The notes below the pieces were generated by a model. The model was not told the DNA's origin, did not search any database, and worked only from the letters and a program-made list of their open reading frames with translations. DNA of 63,995 bases, filler included, from Circinaria calcarea (taxonomy: Eukaryota), in the NCBI GenBank assembly GCA_051942165.1. It is 3 parts of 3 records of this genome, joined end to end, with 100 filler letters (N's around TTAATTAATTAA, not from the genome) between each part and the next. Parts side by side here need not be neighbours in the genome. Positions count along the whole stretch, not along the records: positions 21,511 to 42,879 come from JAVECS010000145.1; 2 more parts are not named here. One strand, written 5' to 3'. Position 1 is the stretch's first letter; each line of letters opens with the position of its first letter. Shown piece by piece: positions 24,473-39,048 of this stretch. Both the position numbers and the translations under genes were made by a program.

Positions 24473-25546
24473 ATGCAGCAGGCTCTGGCGCCAGCACCGC
24501 ACGTCCTGCAGGCTTCAGCTCAAGTAAGCAAAACCGTCCTTTCAGCCCCACCATCCCATCCCATCGCACGCCAAGGGCTGATGTCTCCAACCAGGAAAAT
24601 GCCTCCGAACAAGGTGAGTAATCCGTTAAAGAGACAGGCCAAAGGTGCGTTCGGTCGTGGGAATTGAGTTGTGCTGACCCATCACTTTCGGACCCTTCAG
24701 CGTTGCGGGAGCATCTGCTGGCCCAAGTACGCGTTCCTGCCCCTCCGCCGTCGCAGAGAACGCACGCTTTTGAGGGCGGGAGAGCGAGCAGTCCGGCCAG
24801 TCCTCAGTACGCCCACAACGTTGATCCGGCCATTGGCGGCGGCAGCATGATGAGCCACAGTGCAGGTGAGAGTGGCGGTGACGAGAATGGGAGCGATGGC
24901 AAGAAAGGGAGCAAGAGAGAGTTATCAACCTCGAAGCGCGCAGCCCAGAATCGGGCGGCTCAGGTGCGTCGTTCTTCCGTTACCGTTTGATCGCATCGTA
25001 GAGATAGAGATTTTAAGTCGCACAAAGCATTCCGAAGGGGTTTCTACGCGATCGGGGTGACAAAGCCATGCCAGCTTACTAACTTATGACTACTCACAGC
25101 GGGCCTTCAGACAACGCAAAGAAGGGCACATCAAGAAACTTGAAGAGCAAGTTCGAGACTACAGCCTGCTGAGCGAAAACTACAAAGCGCTGCAAGCGGA
25201 GAACTACCAGCTGAGAGACTACATCATCAACCTCCAATCCCGCCTCATCGAGTCCCAGGGTGACTATCCTCAGCCGCCAAGCAACATTGACCTCCCGCAT
25301 CCACGATCCAGCGAACCCATGGGCCATCATCATGTCCCGGCGCCTACGGCTTCGATGACCCCGTCGGCGATAAGTCAGCTGCAGGCTTCGGCGGCCCAGG
25401 CAGTCGCCGACCTTAGGACGCCAGGGTCGCAACGAGCTGGAGGCAATGACTACGGCCCGGGTGTTGATGTAAAAATACAGAATCCTACCGACCCTCAGTT
25501 GGTTGCCCCGAGTGCGGGTCCGGATGGACTTTATACCCCTTCCTAG
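24473..25546 (+). CDS. kapC: bZIP transcription factor, KapC-like
   Basis: N-terminus MQQALAPAPH..QASAQ, basic region KRELSTSKRAAQNRAAQ-RAFRQRKEGHIKKLEEQV, zipper LQAENYQLRDYIINLQSRLIE. Confidence 0.85.
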
Positions 25547-26030
25547 ATGATGCATATTGTTGGCGTTAGGCATGTTGGGAGTTTTCAGATACTGATCGTG
25601 ACGGTTTCACTGTAACTCCGGACGAGGACTCGCAACCTGCCCACATCCAATTCCGCGGAGAGACTCACGACTGGACAGGTGAACTCGATGTTAATGATTC
25701 CAGATTCACCATGCTTCTTTCAGCAGATCAAAGCGGGCGTTGGGACTGAAGACGTGTTTTGCAGGGGCTGCTGGAAAGTCTTCATGTGACAATGACCTTC
25801 CCACATTGTTCCGACTATCTAGCTCACTATTCCAGTATATAGAAGTAATTTAGGAGCGTCGCGAGACAGGATTTCTGAGTTCCGAACTGCCATTCCTGCA
25901 TGACTGTTAGCAGCACAGCTCTGTATAGCAAGACTACGTATACAACCACAGAGCAACTAACACAAACTAAACTTATACATCTGGGAAGAATTCGTGCGGA
26001 CTTCAATATAGAGACTGTTGACGGCTGACT

Positions 26031-28507
26031 CTACGACAATCCGAGAGAGTTGCCGAGATTGTGCTCCTAGAAGAAGCCGTTAGCAAAATACCAAATGACT
26101 ACTCAACCCTGAGGGTCTTTCTACCTTAAGATATTCGGCGCCTTTTTCAAGATATTCTTCCCTTGTCACAGAGCTATCTCGAAAACCGGGTTCTCTCGAC
26201 CACTGAGCAGCACCTCTCCACGCATCCAGGACGGGGTTGTTGGCTTGGCGAACCGTCATCGCCGACTCGATGGGTAATACTGCACGCAGGTTACTAGTCA
26301 ACCGTTGCTGAAAGCCGCGGAATAAAGTGTTTCCTCCGGTAAGGAAGACGTCCTTGAGAAGAGTATTGCGATCTTGGACTGATGCCAATCTCTGATTGAT
26401 GATATCTGCGGCAATTTCTATGAGACCCGCCTGATCTAATCCAGCGATTGCAGGCTGGAAGACGACCTCGGGAACTCTGATACGTTCAACGTTCAAGTGA
26501 ATTTGATGTGCTTCTTTCTGACTTTCCGGGTCAAAAGGTCGAGGTCCCCTAAGAAATGCATGTACCAAGCTCTTTGTCCAGTCCGATTGTGCCTCGAGAG
26601 TATTATTTTCCGTGAAACTTGGATCATATTCGAGCAGCTGGGCCTCGATGTTTTTTAGTCCTGCATTAAAGTCCTCTTCTTCGTCTTCCTCGCTTTGTTC
26701 GCCAGTCTGTACAGTTCGATACACGCCCCAGTCATCATCATTAGCCCCAAAGTTATCGTCATCACCACCCCGCCGCCGCTTCCGTCCGGGCTGATCAGAG
26801 GCAAGATTTGCCAAGGTTTTCATTCGCTGTTGACTGGCAATCGATTTCCGATTTCCCAAGTCTGCTTTCAATCGTTCCCTTTCCTTAATTCTCTGGAGTA
26901 AGGCCTAAGCGAAGTTAGCATCCATTAAAAATTCGTTCCGCCATAGGGCCAATACAAGTCTTGCTACTCTCCGCTCCTCAAGCCACCCATCAAGATCATT
27001 CTCTCGTCGTTCAAGGTCTAATCTCTCTTCTTCCGCAAGGCGAGCTCTCTCTTTCTCCTTTTCAACCTTTGCTCGAGCGCGGGCATCAACATTCGACTTC
27101 ATTAAACGCTGATGCCTCTTCTGCTTCAGACCCGCTTCATCAAGATCTTCGTCGGGAATATCTAGTAGCGGGAAGGTAGCTTCTTCTTCAACTTCCGGAT
27201 TGTCTAGAATTCCAATATCTTTGTTCCTTGCCTTCCGAATCGACTGTTCCAGTTCGCTTATCGTCTTATCGAGCTGAGCTTCGTCTCTAAATTCGTCATC
27301 ATCTAATAAACGCTTTATTTCCTTTTTCGTCTGTGTCGCGAGCCGATTTTTAAGATCTTTAAAATATTCCAGCTCCTGTTCCTTACGCACGAGCTTGTCC
27401 AATCTCATCTTCGCAGCCTGCTCTTGCAACCTTCGTCCGCTTTCCTTCTTTCTTTCGGCGATCCTAGCCAGCTCCTCCTCGCTCTTCTCTATTGCGACGT
27501 GCTCTGTAAATGGATATTGGATAAGGTGGTCCCTGTCCTCAAGGCCGGTCCAGTCCAGGAAGCTTCGCATCTCGCCATCAAAGTCTTGCGATACATAGCA
27601 GTGTTCGCGAACCATATCTTCCGCCTGTGTTTCGGTCAACTTACCTGGAAAGGTAGGGTACTTTAGCTTGAGAAGCTTAAGTAAATAGTCCGCGTTCTGG
27701 TAACCTCCCCAGTTCAGCCTAGAGATGCTGGATAGGATGGGTCTAGAATCGAGTACTGGGATCAAATGTGTAGAGGAATGCGATGAGGATACAATCAACC
27801 CGTTCCTACCCTTGTTGAACTTGTAGGACAGCAATGCATCGATTCCGTAGGCAACAGAGGGCACAGAGTAGCATTCGAAGAGAAGCTCGGTCATCACTAA
27901 AGCTATTTTAGTATCAATCTCTTCTGAATGTTGAGGCACTTACTCTTTCTCGAGTAGCCGAGATTCGCTATTGCTTCGGTCATGACAATTGATCTGTCAA
28001 TTCCACCGTCGGCTGCATCAAGCCCTAGGTTGAGAAACGTGTAATCTAATACGCCTTCCATCACATCCCAGTTGGCGACCACACTGGTTCCCGGCTCAAA
28101 GGCATTCCTGATCTGCCCTCGTGTAGTCGCGTCTGCGTAAGCATCGTAGCCAACATACATGCATGTCCTGTTGAGTTTTCGATCTCGGTATCGAGCAACA
28201 TTAGCGGGAAATGACAATCGTGGGGCTTTGTCCCACGACCAGCCAGCTCGAAGCAGCTTTGAGCCTAAGCATAGATCAGTATAGCGACGTACGTAGAAAG
28301 GGATTGAATCTTAATCATACCATTGTCAATCACAATGGCTGTGGAGCTGGAACTTTGCTGATAACCTTCTGAAGGGGCGGCTTGATATCCCCTAAACGGA
28401 GGTTCTATGGCTTGCCAGACACGCGGAGGGGGCTTGGGACTGCTCCGCGCAGGTGTTTGAGTATATGAGTTTGTAGGTTCGAACACTCGGACCGAGTTGA
28501 TGGTCAT
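26031..28507 (-). CDS. ARP5: Actin-related protein 5 (INO80 complex)
   Basis: AIVIDNG, YVGYDAYADATTRG, ELLFECYSVPSVAYGID, charged insert, HLNVERIRVPEVVFQP, DVFLTGGNTLF, C-terminal EYLK-EHNLGN. Confidence 0.95.
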
Positions 28508-29270
28508 TTTGAAAGTTCACGACGGCCAGTTGCTCTTCGGAATCATCCCGCAGTGTCAGGGTACCCGGTTGAGCGATGAGAATCCCAGAAAGGAATGGTA
28601 ACGCCTGTTCATTATCTAGAGTATGTCTTCGGAATCAAATATCTGTGAAGCTCGAGATCATTGTCGAGCCTAACAAGCGTGGAGCTATTTCAATCCCTCG
28701 ATTACTTCATCGTCAGCGTCATTTAGGACATTTGCTGTATACCGTGCTAGCAACGATTCACTGCCGGGTAAGTTTAAACATAAACCTTCCGTACTTGTTC
28801 TACGTTTAACCTATAGGCTTATACTGGTATTGGAAAGGCTCAATCTAGGACTCGTTCTCTTGGGGAGGGCCGCAGTGCGTCAGGTGAATGATAAAGCGGC
28901 ATGGGAGAACTGAACGATGGTTTGGAGGAGGATGAGTGGATTAAGAACGGCGAGTGTATCCACACCCTCAAGTATTGGGAAGAAGATGATGGACGATAGT
29001 TGAGACGTGCATAAAGAAACCTCGAGGCGGTGATATCGGAAAGGAAATTCCTCTGACTCCGAAATTGTGAGCTAGTATACATGTAGACTAGTGAGATAGA
29101 TGTAGCGAGGTTTCTCCAACCTCCAATCGCGTTGTCAGTAAATAGGAAACTGAATCAGTACAATCTTCAAGCTGGATTAGACAATAGGGTTAGATTCGGT
29201 ACGGTGATTCTCTTTCAGTCCAGCGCCACATCGGTTTAGGGAGACATCTTCGAAAACCGCCAATTCCTCA

Positions 29271-30371
29271 ATGCCTTCCCGATCACGGTCTCGCGGCCGC
29301 ACGCGCACCCGTTCTCCTTCAGTAGCACGATCGCCAACACCATTAAGATCACGCTCACCCCGTCGTTCGGTTTCGCCTCGTTCGCGCTCACGCTCGAGGA
29401 CCCCCAGTAGGACACCTTCGGACCGTCGACATTATGCCCGGCGCAATGAGCGAGGGAGGAGCCCAAGCAGAAGTCCCTCAAGGAGTCGGAGCGAAGGAAG
29501 GGGAGCACGGAGATACCGAGAACGAAGTTACTCACGCGCTTCTCCTGGTAGAGAACCTCTGGTGCCAAAAAGCTCAAAGGTACGTCCTCTGATCAGAGAG
29601 TCATGCGAGGTACTCATGCTCCGTAGATTGTAGTCGAAAAGCTCACCAAAAATGTCAACGAGAACCATCTCCGCGAGATCTTCGGCACTTACGGGCCTAT
29701 AAAAGACATTGATCTCCCCATAAACCGTCAATGTAAGTAGCCCTGCCTTTTCCACCCCTGAACACACGCAAGAAAACTAACATCCACCCAAAGTCATGAC
29801 CAACCGTGGCACAGCCTACATCCTCTTCGACTCCACCGCCGACGCCGAATCCGCCATCGCCCACATGCACGAAGCCCAAGTCGACGGCGCCGTAATACAC
29901 GTCTCAATCGTCCTCCCGCGCCGCAAATTCTCCCGCTCCCCGCCTCCAGCCCGAAGAGGCGCACCTCCATTCGAAACTCGCGGTCCTCCTCCGCAGTCCA
30001 GCTACCGGGGACCCCTTCCACCCAGTTACGGTCCTGGCGGAGGAGGTGGGGGGAGATACCGCTCGCCACCTCCACTGCGCCGTGGTTCTCCGCCGAGACG
30101 ATATGGAGGGCGACCGGCGGGGAGAGACCAAGATACGTATCGCCCACGTTCAAGAACGAGATCGCGATCGCCAAGGTCGAGATCGAGGTCTTACTCGTCG
30201 AGATCTAGGAGTCGAACGCCGCCGAGGAGGGCAAGGGGTGGAAGGAGGGATAGCCCGCCACCGCCGCCGAGAGGTGGGAGGAGAAGGAGAAGTCCGAGCT
30301 ACAGTAGTTATAGCAGCTACAGCGGAAGAAGCCGGAGCCGCAGTAGGGGAGGTTATGGAAGGAGGAGGTGA
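29271..30371 (+). CDS. RNPS1: RS-rich RRM splicing/EJC factor, RNPS1-like
   Basis: RS-rich N- and C-termini around one RRM (IVVEKLTKNVNENHLREIFGTYG...NRGTAYILF...MHEAQVDGAVIHVSIV); 2 introns. Confidence 0.85.
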
Positions 30372-30811
30372 GGTTGATGCCGGGAAAAAGTCAGACCCTG
30401 GATACTTTTTGTCAAGAGCCGTTGCGGTGATGTACGGAACGAAAAGGGGTTACTTTGTCGCATACTTGATACCAACCGTCAGCGCCTCTAGAGGGTAACT
30501 TTGCTACCTAATCTAGCGTTACATACTCGAATTCATCACAATGTCTTGTTCGGTTTGCTGTAAAGTCTCCTTATGTGGGAATTTAATTCCTCGCCTCGGA
30601 ACATTGAAAGCCGCAGCAAGTCATCATTGAAGATTCTCAATCGCACTACAGCGTCCTCGCTCTTGAATCTTACTATGAATTGCCACATTTGATTAGGAAG
30701 ACCCACAAGATCTACTTCCAATCCTCCCCCCTATCCCTCTCCCTCTCCCTCTCCAATCAAGCACCAACAAAAGATGCCAGACTCCTACCCATCGCCCAAC
30801 AACAGAGTACG

Positions 30812-33800
30812 CTAAAAGAACGGACACCACCCGATATACATGCTGGCCAACCTCATCGGATCCGTCGCCTGCCGGACCAACTCATCCACATAGCCCTCCA
30901 CACTCAACGGCACGCTCTCCATCGGCAGCAATCCCCTCACCTTAATCCTCACCCGCTCCAGCACCCCCTCGGGCGTATCCGGCACCGCACTCTCGCGGCT
31001 CCGCTTCTTCTTGCCGAGAAAGTCCGTTGTGGGGTCGTACAGGAACGTCTCGAGGATCGTCATCAGCGTGTCCTCGTTGGCGCGCAGAATGTCGAGGGTC
31101 AACTCGCACGACTTACGAAAGGGCCCTTCGGCGCCGTAGGCGCCAAAGGCGTCGACCATGTTGTGCGTGAGGCGAAAGGGCACCACCTCGGGCTTCTCAA
31201 ACGTGGCGCCTTTGTCGAAGAGGCAGTTGAAGTCGACGTGGAAAGTGCCGCCATTGCCTTCCTCGAAGAGGATGTTCTCGCCATGGCGGTCGCCGAGACC
31301 AAGGACGTGCCCGACCATGGACATGACGGCGCAGGAACGAGTATATTTGAGGCGCGCAGTGAACCAGGCGCTGGGCTCGGGGAACATTTCGACGAACCAC
31401 TCGTGGAAAACCGGGGGAAATTGGGAGAGGACTTTGGTAGTGAAGATAGGTATCTTGGCGACGTCGGAGCAGGCTTCGTCAAGGAGCGTCCGGAGCTCCG
31501 CGTAGTTGATGACTATATTTTTCTGCCTATAAGTCCGCAGGAGGATATCGCGCAAGGTCTTGAGGTTGTCCACCCATTCGATCAAGCCGCACTCTTCGTT
31601 CAACGGTGTGACCGCGTAGGTCTTGATGTAGAGTCTACGTTTGCTGGACTCGGCATCTCGTTTGAGCGACCGATTGATCATAGCGTTGAATTCCATCAGG
31701 CGTTGATCTTTGCGAAGGTCGTCTTTGGGCTTGCATAGGAGGCCATAGACACGGCCATCGGAACCCCTGACACTGATCTTGCGTGGGCGCTGTAGAGAAG
31801 AAAGGACCAGTACATCATCCAGAAACGTCGAGATCGTAATGGTATCCTTCGAGAACGCTTTATGTATCTTCATGTTAACATTGTCTGTCACGGTGGGTAG
31901 GCTTGCTGTCAGCGTTGACTCCAGCGGTATTACGAGACGGCAAGGCGCCGCCTTATGGTTGAATCCAAGATCGCGGCTGATGCTGACAACAGACGGTTTG
32001 CCAGGTATATCCCCTTCGCAAACACGTAGTAACTGATCCGATAGTTTCTGGCACTGTGTCATCAAAGTGCGCACCTCTGTTCCCGCTGTCTCCGTCTTCA
32101 TTTTTTTCGCATGCTCCACAACTTTAGTCGTGCAGTACAAGCCCCGGTGCATTCTATCCTGCGCCGATGACTTCACCATCGCTAGCAAGGTCCAAAGAGC
32201 CTGCTGCGGATGCGTCAAGACCACCTTCACTATGATGTCGGTTAGGCTTGCGTATATGGTCTGGTTGGTGTGGCAGATCCTTGCCACGATTTGGGCAAAA
32301 GCGGTGTAAAAAACGAAGGCTGGAAGGCGATCTATATACTTCTTCATTTGGGAGTTCACAGCTCCAAACAATTTGCGCTTCTGAGCTATCACATGAGCCC
32401 GGAAATTTTCCTCATTGCCGTACCTTGGGTCTAGCGGTTTGTCGACATCAGTGCCCAGCTCCAGCCAAAGAGTCAAGATCCTTGGCAGAGTTTGATATAT
32501 ATTTTTTGCACCGAATGCTAACGATCTCAGGTAATTTTCAATAACCAATTTGGCTGTCTCTCCTGTTATGAAAGTTTGAGCTTGCTTAGCTGGGGTCTTC
32601 CCTTTCTCGGATTCTAGGAGCTTGTGGTAATGCTTGCCGAGATGGTAGTGTCCCTTTTCCCATCGGCTGTGAAACTCGACTGCTTTCTTATACCGCTGAA
32701 TGATTAGGTCTGACTGTGTTTGACCAGCTCTATCAATCCACTTTGCCAGAAGTAAGTGAGCCCGCGCTGTTAGTAGGTTCTGCTGTTGTTGCCGATTCTG
32801 ATCGGTAGTTACTGTATTCCCATTGGCGGAGAGATAGTCATGTGCCCGAAAAGCGTTTGCAGCGATAGCACCCTCTAAGCTCTGGATCGCCTTACGATGA
32901 CTACCTTCCCTCCACAAGAGACGGGAATGCTCGATCGTCGCCGACTGATCGCCTAACTGCGATGCATGGAGCACAGCATTAAATGCCTGATGTGAGAAAT
33001 CTCCCTTTCGTGCTAGTTTTGCGCTAATAAGCCAAGCTGATGACAAGTCGAGTGGCGAGAACTCAAGCCTGCGAGGAGTATTAGCTGGCATCGCTGTAAT
33101 TTGAGCAGTACGAATACCTGGACAGATTGATAGCTGCTCTTCTGAGACCAAGGAGGTATTGCTTGTCAGAAGAGAAAACCCCAAGAACGTCCAAGCGTTG
33201 ACTCAAGGTCGTCCGCATGGCTGACCTATTAAATCCGCAATTGTCTTTCACACCGCTGATGAATTCAACTTCAGTCAGGATATGGAACTTAAGCATGGCG
33301 TCATGGCAGGCTTGAAGTGACGTGGTTGTCCCAGTGGACATGCTTCGTGCAACAGCATGTCGAAGTTGATCGATAGTGTGAGTAAAACGGTCATATTTTT
33401 TTTGGTGTAGTGCTACAAGTGCCGATCCAATACCGACGTTGAAATTTCCATTGGTATCAGCTGAGATCTTGGACACCCAGTGTGTGAGCTTATCCCATTT
33501 CCCCGTCATCCAAGATGCTTCTGTGGCAAAAGGGATTGATTGCACAATACTAGCTTGCGAAGGTTCGAACCCTTCAATCTGGTTCAAGAGAACATCTGCG
33601 AACAAATTAGCTGACGTATTGCCGCTGCAGATTTGAATGATCCGGACCATGCTGCCCTGATTCTTTAAGACTTGTCAGTAAGCTCAGTTGGACATCAAGG
33701 TCATGAGGCCGATCAGTCAAAAGTAATTCATACCAACTCTGGACAGCGGTCCATCGCCCTGCTTTACGATGCTCAAGGACCTGCTGGTCTATATTGAGTA

Positions 33801-36800
33801 CTTGCAGATGAGCCGAGATACCCTCAATTCCATCGGGCTCGTCGATCTGGGTATAAATCTCCTGTAGTCTTTCGTACAGTGATTCGAGCCCTGTTTCATG
33901 CCCTTTACCATCCTCTTTATATTGTCGGATGTACTGCTCCCAGTGAAAGAGTGCGCGAGCGTATGACTTGCATTCAACCGCGCGACGTGATATGATTTCC
34001 GCAGGTATTTTTGATAGAACAGTTCCTACACTTGCAATCTGAGCTACACCCGTCTCATGTTCCACTTGGGATTGTGCTTTTGTCGGCCGGTTGGCAGTCG
34101 ACTTAGCCATGTCCTTTCTCTTCTCTTGCATCCACTTAGATAGATAGTCGAGAATCCGAAAGACGCTCTACATGCTTTTAGCTAAGTAACACGACAAGCA
34201 GCATTATAGCAACTTACCTGACTGCACTGTATCATATTTTCTCGCGTTCTCTGGTTAGATTCTGACAGTGGCTGAGAAAGGACCGTGAGGAGTTCATTCG
34301 TAATTTCGAGTATCTGACCCTCTGTGCCTCCGACAATGACATTTAGTACGGCATAAGGTAGAAGGAAGCTGGAAATAGAAATATCCTGGTCTCGAATGAT
34401 CCGTCTGCAGATAGTGAAAATCGTTGACGCATTTTCGCCGCACCCTTTACGTAGTAAATCGAAGGTAAAGGTACGAAGCCAAGTCGAATGCGCCTTATCA
34501 ATCCTGTAAATCGGGTAGGTTTGATCAGGTTGTGCGACCCCCTCCTTGATTAGGTATTTAGATGTCAGGAAGGGGGTTAAGATGTTCCTAACAGACTCGG
34601 GGAGCGCAACCCATCTTCGGTAATTAGTGCTTGTTTGGATATCGTGAGATCTGAGTACGACAGATGTATCAAGGTTGCAGAACTTAAGAAGCTCTTGCAT
34701 AGCATATGATAGAAATCCCTGTAGTCTAGTATCGGTGGCAGAAAGAAAAGCTTTGACTAGAGTTTCTTGAAGTAGAAACACCACGAAATCTTTAGTCTCT
34801 TCTGCTTTGCTGAAGTTTGACAGTACCAATATCTCTTTGCTCTCCCTCGTCGCCTCAATCCTTGTCGGGTCTAAACTTCCAATGAGACCTAGACATTTGG
34901 CACAGAGAACTGCTATGACCGAGCTCGATTCGCCGAAACGAATACAGGCATCAAGCACAGAACGGGTCAGTTTCGAAACCACTGGATCTGGTTGTTCGCT
35001 TGTTGCTGCAGTGTGGATAAAATCTTGATGGCCGAGCAAATAACTCTCAAGCTCGACCAAAGCTCTGGTAACTACTGTCACATTTTCATTTTGACAGCGC
35101 TGACTAAAGGCTTGGTATTGATGGTTTGTATCCATTTGAGCTCTCAGCTTTCCCAGCTCGTCCTCGAACTTCGCCATAAGCGGTATTGCGGCTAGGGAAG
35201 GGATGGTATTTACCATATCCCGTATTAGAGTGGCATGAGATTTGAGTAACTGGCTGATAGTTTCGTAAGCTCGTTGTTGTATTGTTGGATCAAAGGATTC
35301 CCAGTACTGAGCGATGATAGCAAAAGTTGGATCTACCAATGGCTCAATATCTTCCTCGCCAAGCGTACAGAGTAAGAACATCCATGCGTCAAAAGCGTCA
35401 TTGCAGAGTTCCTCGCTTTCAATAGCAGATCGCAAAGATGCGCATATCTATGGTGTAGGTCAACTCCGACAGACGAGATCAAGCAGCCTGAGGTTTGACT
35501 TACCTGGGGAAGGCCGTTGCAAATATGACTTTTAGCTACCCTGATCATCTCCCGAATGGCTCCAAGACATCTTCTCTTCTCCCCTACTGGCTGTAGACCT
35601 TTAGTATCGTTCATAGTCTCCGAGAGTAAGGCTAAAATCCCGAGCACAAAAGTCTCGAAGAAGGATCCCATCATGTCATTCTTCCTTGTCGAACCCCTTG
35701 AAGATCCTGACCTCCGGTGAGTAAGGCTTGCAAGGAAAGAAATAGCATGGTAAGCCTGTTCTTATTAGCCGAGTTAGTGGCCGACGATTGTGACCGTTGA
35801 TACCCACTCGAGTCTTCTTCTCTTCGTCCTCCTCGCCTGCAATCTTAAGCAGTTCGCACGCAATTGGGATCGGTAGGGAATTGATGGCCTTCTCAAGGTC
35901 AAAGTCCTTGAAGTCTGGTGACATCTCAAGGAGCGAGGCCATCACCGTATGTTCCACATCTGTGGACGACTGAAGCAAGAGGTATACTAAGATAGCGGCC
36001 ATGTTTTCCGGTTCCGTACATAATGACCAGATTGATTGATCAGAACCCCTGGCATCTGCAATTCGTTGCAAAACCGATCGTTTTTTGGCGGATATTAGAT
36101 AAGGTACGGTGTATGTCTGTGTCAGAATTAAGAAGTCGGGGACCTTGATATTAAGTAAATCACAGATCCGTTGCGTTATTTGAGGGCGCGTATGTAGATC
36201 CTTGATAACGGTGGTTGCAATCGTGCGCCAGTATGGATCTAAAAGCCGTATTGCCAAGAAGGAAGAATGGTCGGATAGACGAAGGAGCTACTCAATATAA
36301 GCCACTAGCTACGCCTTAGACCTGAATCAACTTTACCTCGTCATATGCCAGACCACTGATCAGCGCATTCGGATGTCCTAGATGCTCTACCAACTGCAAG
36401 AGCACAAGGTTGCTTTCATACTCTTTGGAAACACTGCATAGATGGTGGTCAATGGTGGTTGTAAAGGTCCTAGACGCAATGCATACCCAGCAATCTGACC
36501 CCAAGCAAGAACACACGTCTCCTGTAAGCTCACGTCACTTTCCCGGGAAAGAGTTCGTAGAACATCAAGTGCGATGACACGATTTTGACGTAGAAAGCCT
36601 ACACTCACACGATCTTCTAAGAAGACAGTCAGTGTTTGTCTAGCACCATTCATCAGCTCTAATATAGCCTACATAATATTCAGGAGGACTGACCCGGCGG
36701 CGATGCGAAGATCGCGTAGCGAGCTATGTAAAGCTTGGAGACACCATTGCCCAAGGGTTGATCTTCTCAACTCAAGGTAGTCGGAGTTGTTCGTATGAGA

Positions 36801-38840
36801 TAGGATCCTCCTTAAGCTCTTCATCGCAGCGACTCGAGGTTGTGTCGTTCTCTGCACCTGAGGTATGGTGAGTAAATTTGTGATAGTCAGCAACAATTCC
36901 TCACAATCGACTCCCCTTGCTAATCTAGTAGACTTGGCTGACTGGTCCTCATCGCAATGCCAGCATCGGTTGTAAACCATCTGATATCTGAATTGGTCAT
37001 GCGAGTCATTGGTATGTGCAGCAGCAGCAGCACAAGCCACATGTCCTAGTGTCATAAATAGGGAACACTGATCATCCTCTGATAGGTTCAAATAGTATTG
37101 TCTGCTTCAGTCAGACCGGGACTCCTATAAACTCGATTTTGTAGCTTACAACGCTAGCTGATTTAACTCTTCGAGTCCAGACGCCGTTGATACACCCAAC
37201 AAGGTATAAATACGTTGGAGTAAGGTCTGTCCAGCAGTGATACTGGCTTGAGCTCTGTTGATGTCTGATAGACGCAGCCTTTTGCGAGGTCTCGTGGGCT
37301 CAATCACACGGACAACATTATGTACCTCCACCAAAACATACTTTAAACCCTCTTTCAGACATTGATCTTCCAAACAGTCAAGTTCGGCCATCAAACGATC
37401 GGTGGCAGTAGGACCATCAGGATTTGGGTCGAGATACGTTGTAAACCTTAGAATATGCTGCATCATAGTCAATAAGGCAATCTAGCAGCAACAGATTACC
37501 TACCTGAAGGTCTATACCAAACTTTTCAAAATGATCAGGCTTCTCTATGATTTCTTGGGCGAGAGGTTGAAGATGCCCGTAAAATATTGTTAATACCGCT
37601 GATGACTGTAACATCGCTTTGAACAGATCCAAGATAGACCAACATATTGCATGTTCAAGCGGCAACGTGATAAGTTGAGATGAAGATAGTAGGACATTCT
37701 TTACTAATTGATAAAGAAGCGTGGAAGCTTGTAACGACATAACGCCATCAGTCCTGTGAGTGACAATACATGATATACTGTCACGTAGAACCTGCAGGAG
37801 CAGGATACAATTAGGACTTAACGGCTTCTCCCCGTCAGTCTCTTCTAGGCTAATTCGCAGTACCGACCACAATCGCGTCAGAATTTCAACAATCCACGCA
37901 TTTTCGACGCGTCTTTCGTACGCGATAGTATCTTTTAGGTTGGTAGTTGCTTTGGGTAATAGAATGACCACAAGATGCAGGATGGTCGATAAAATGCGCG
38001 AAGAACTTTCAAGGCCGATGTATGAAGCTTTGTGAAGCTCATCCTGCCGTATAGCTTGAGGGTAAACTTCGGATACAGTTTCAAGTGTTGGTACTTTGAA
38101 GCTAGAAGAGGGCTCTCCATTAGTACCGTTGCTCAACCGAACAGGGTATGATTCGAGGTATAGTAGGAGGTCTTGGAGCAACGTTAGTAGATAAATTCTC
38201 GGATTGACAGCGTTGTTACTGTACCTTTAATACAACCTTGAATGTACTTGGATATTGGATGTAATCTAGTCTTCGTGGCTTTTGACCTCGTCTGGGATGA
38301 AAGTGAAAGTCTCAAGATCTTCTCTGCCCCCGTTCGAATCTCATCAGTAGTCTTGTCATTCAGTAGATTAATCATCTGAGGCACAAGCCATAGAAATACC
38401 GGCCCAGTTGGCCGGCTCCGTACATCGTGTTCTTCTGGAACAGAGAATAGGACATCCGGACACCGTCGGATCGTCAGGTCGATCACGGAAAGGCTGTCTA
38501 GAGCCTGGGCTTGATTTTCTTTTTGAACGTTGAAGGGATTATCTTCATGTATGTTATCAAGCCCAGCCCTAGAGATCACATATATCAGACGTTGGTTAAC
38601 TTCTATATTCGTCTCAATCGTCCCAGCCGGAGGATACTCTGCCTGGTCAGCGTCTAGTATCTCTCGAAGGAGCTGCCTCAATATGGTCTGATTGCTAGGG
38701 GTCTTTTGTGCTTTTGTGTTCGTAAGGTTATCAACAATTTGGGCGGCAAAAGTAGAGGCTGGTGGCCGGTCTGCATTGGCCGGTGAGCCCCGTAAGACAG
38801 CATAAGGCGGACCAGACCTGTTGTGCCTTGAAGCCATCAT
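30812..38840 (-). CDS. MEC1: PIKK checkpoint kinase ATR/Mec1/Rad3 (UvsB), multi-exon
   Basis: UME/FAT region (RAVECKSYARALFHWE, IDEPDGIEGI), kinase (SLQRPRKI, KPKDDLRKDQRLMEF, GLGDRHGENIL, HVDFNCLF), FATC end MYIGWCPFF. Confidence 0.97.
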
Positions 38841-39048
38841 ACCCAATGCTAACGGTACAATTCTAGGATATGGCCGACTTGTATTTCTGAGCTGATTTCA
38901 CGTTCTCTCCTTTTCTGTTTCTGTGCGAACAGACGTGCCGAGTAGTCGTCAGTCAGTTTTCAAGGTCGAAGCGCTCAACATCCATGAACGCATTATCTAC
39001 TCCGTCGGATTTGACAGCGTTAGTCAATGGACAGAATCATATTGGAAG

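Noticed and set aside
30680..31738. 352-aa ORF antisense to MEC1
   Set aside because: Shadow frame explained by the high GC3 of the kinase exon; no recognisable protein features.
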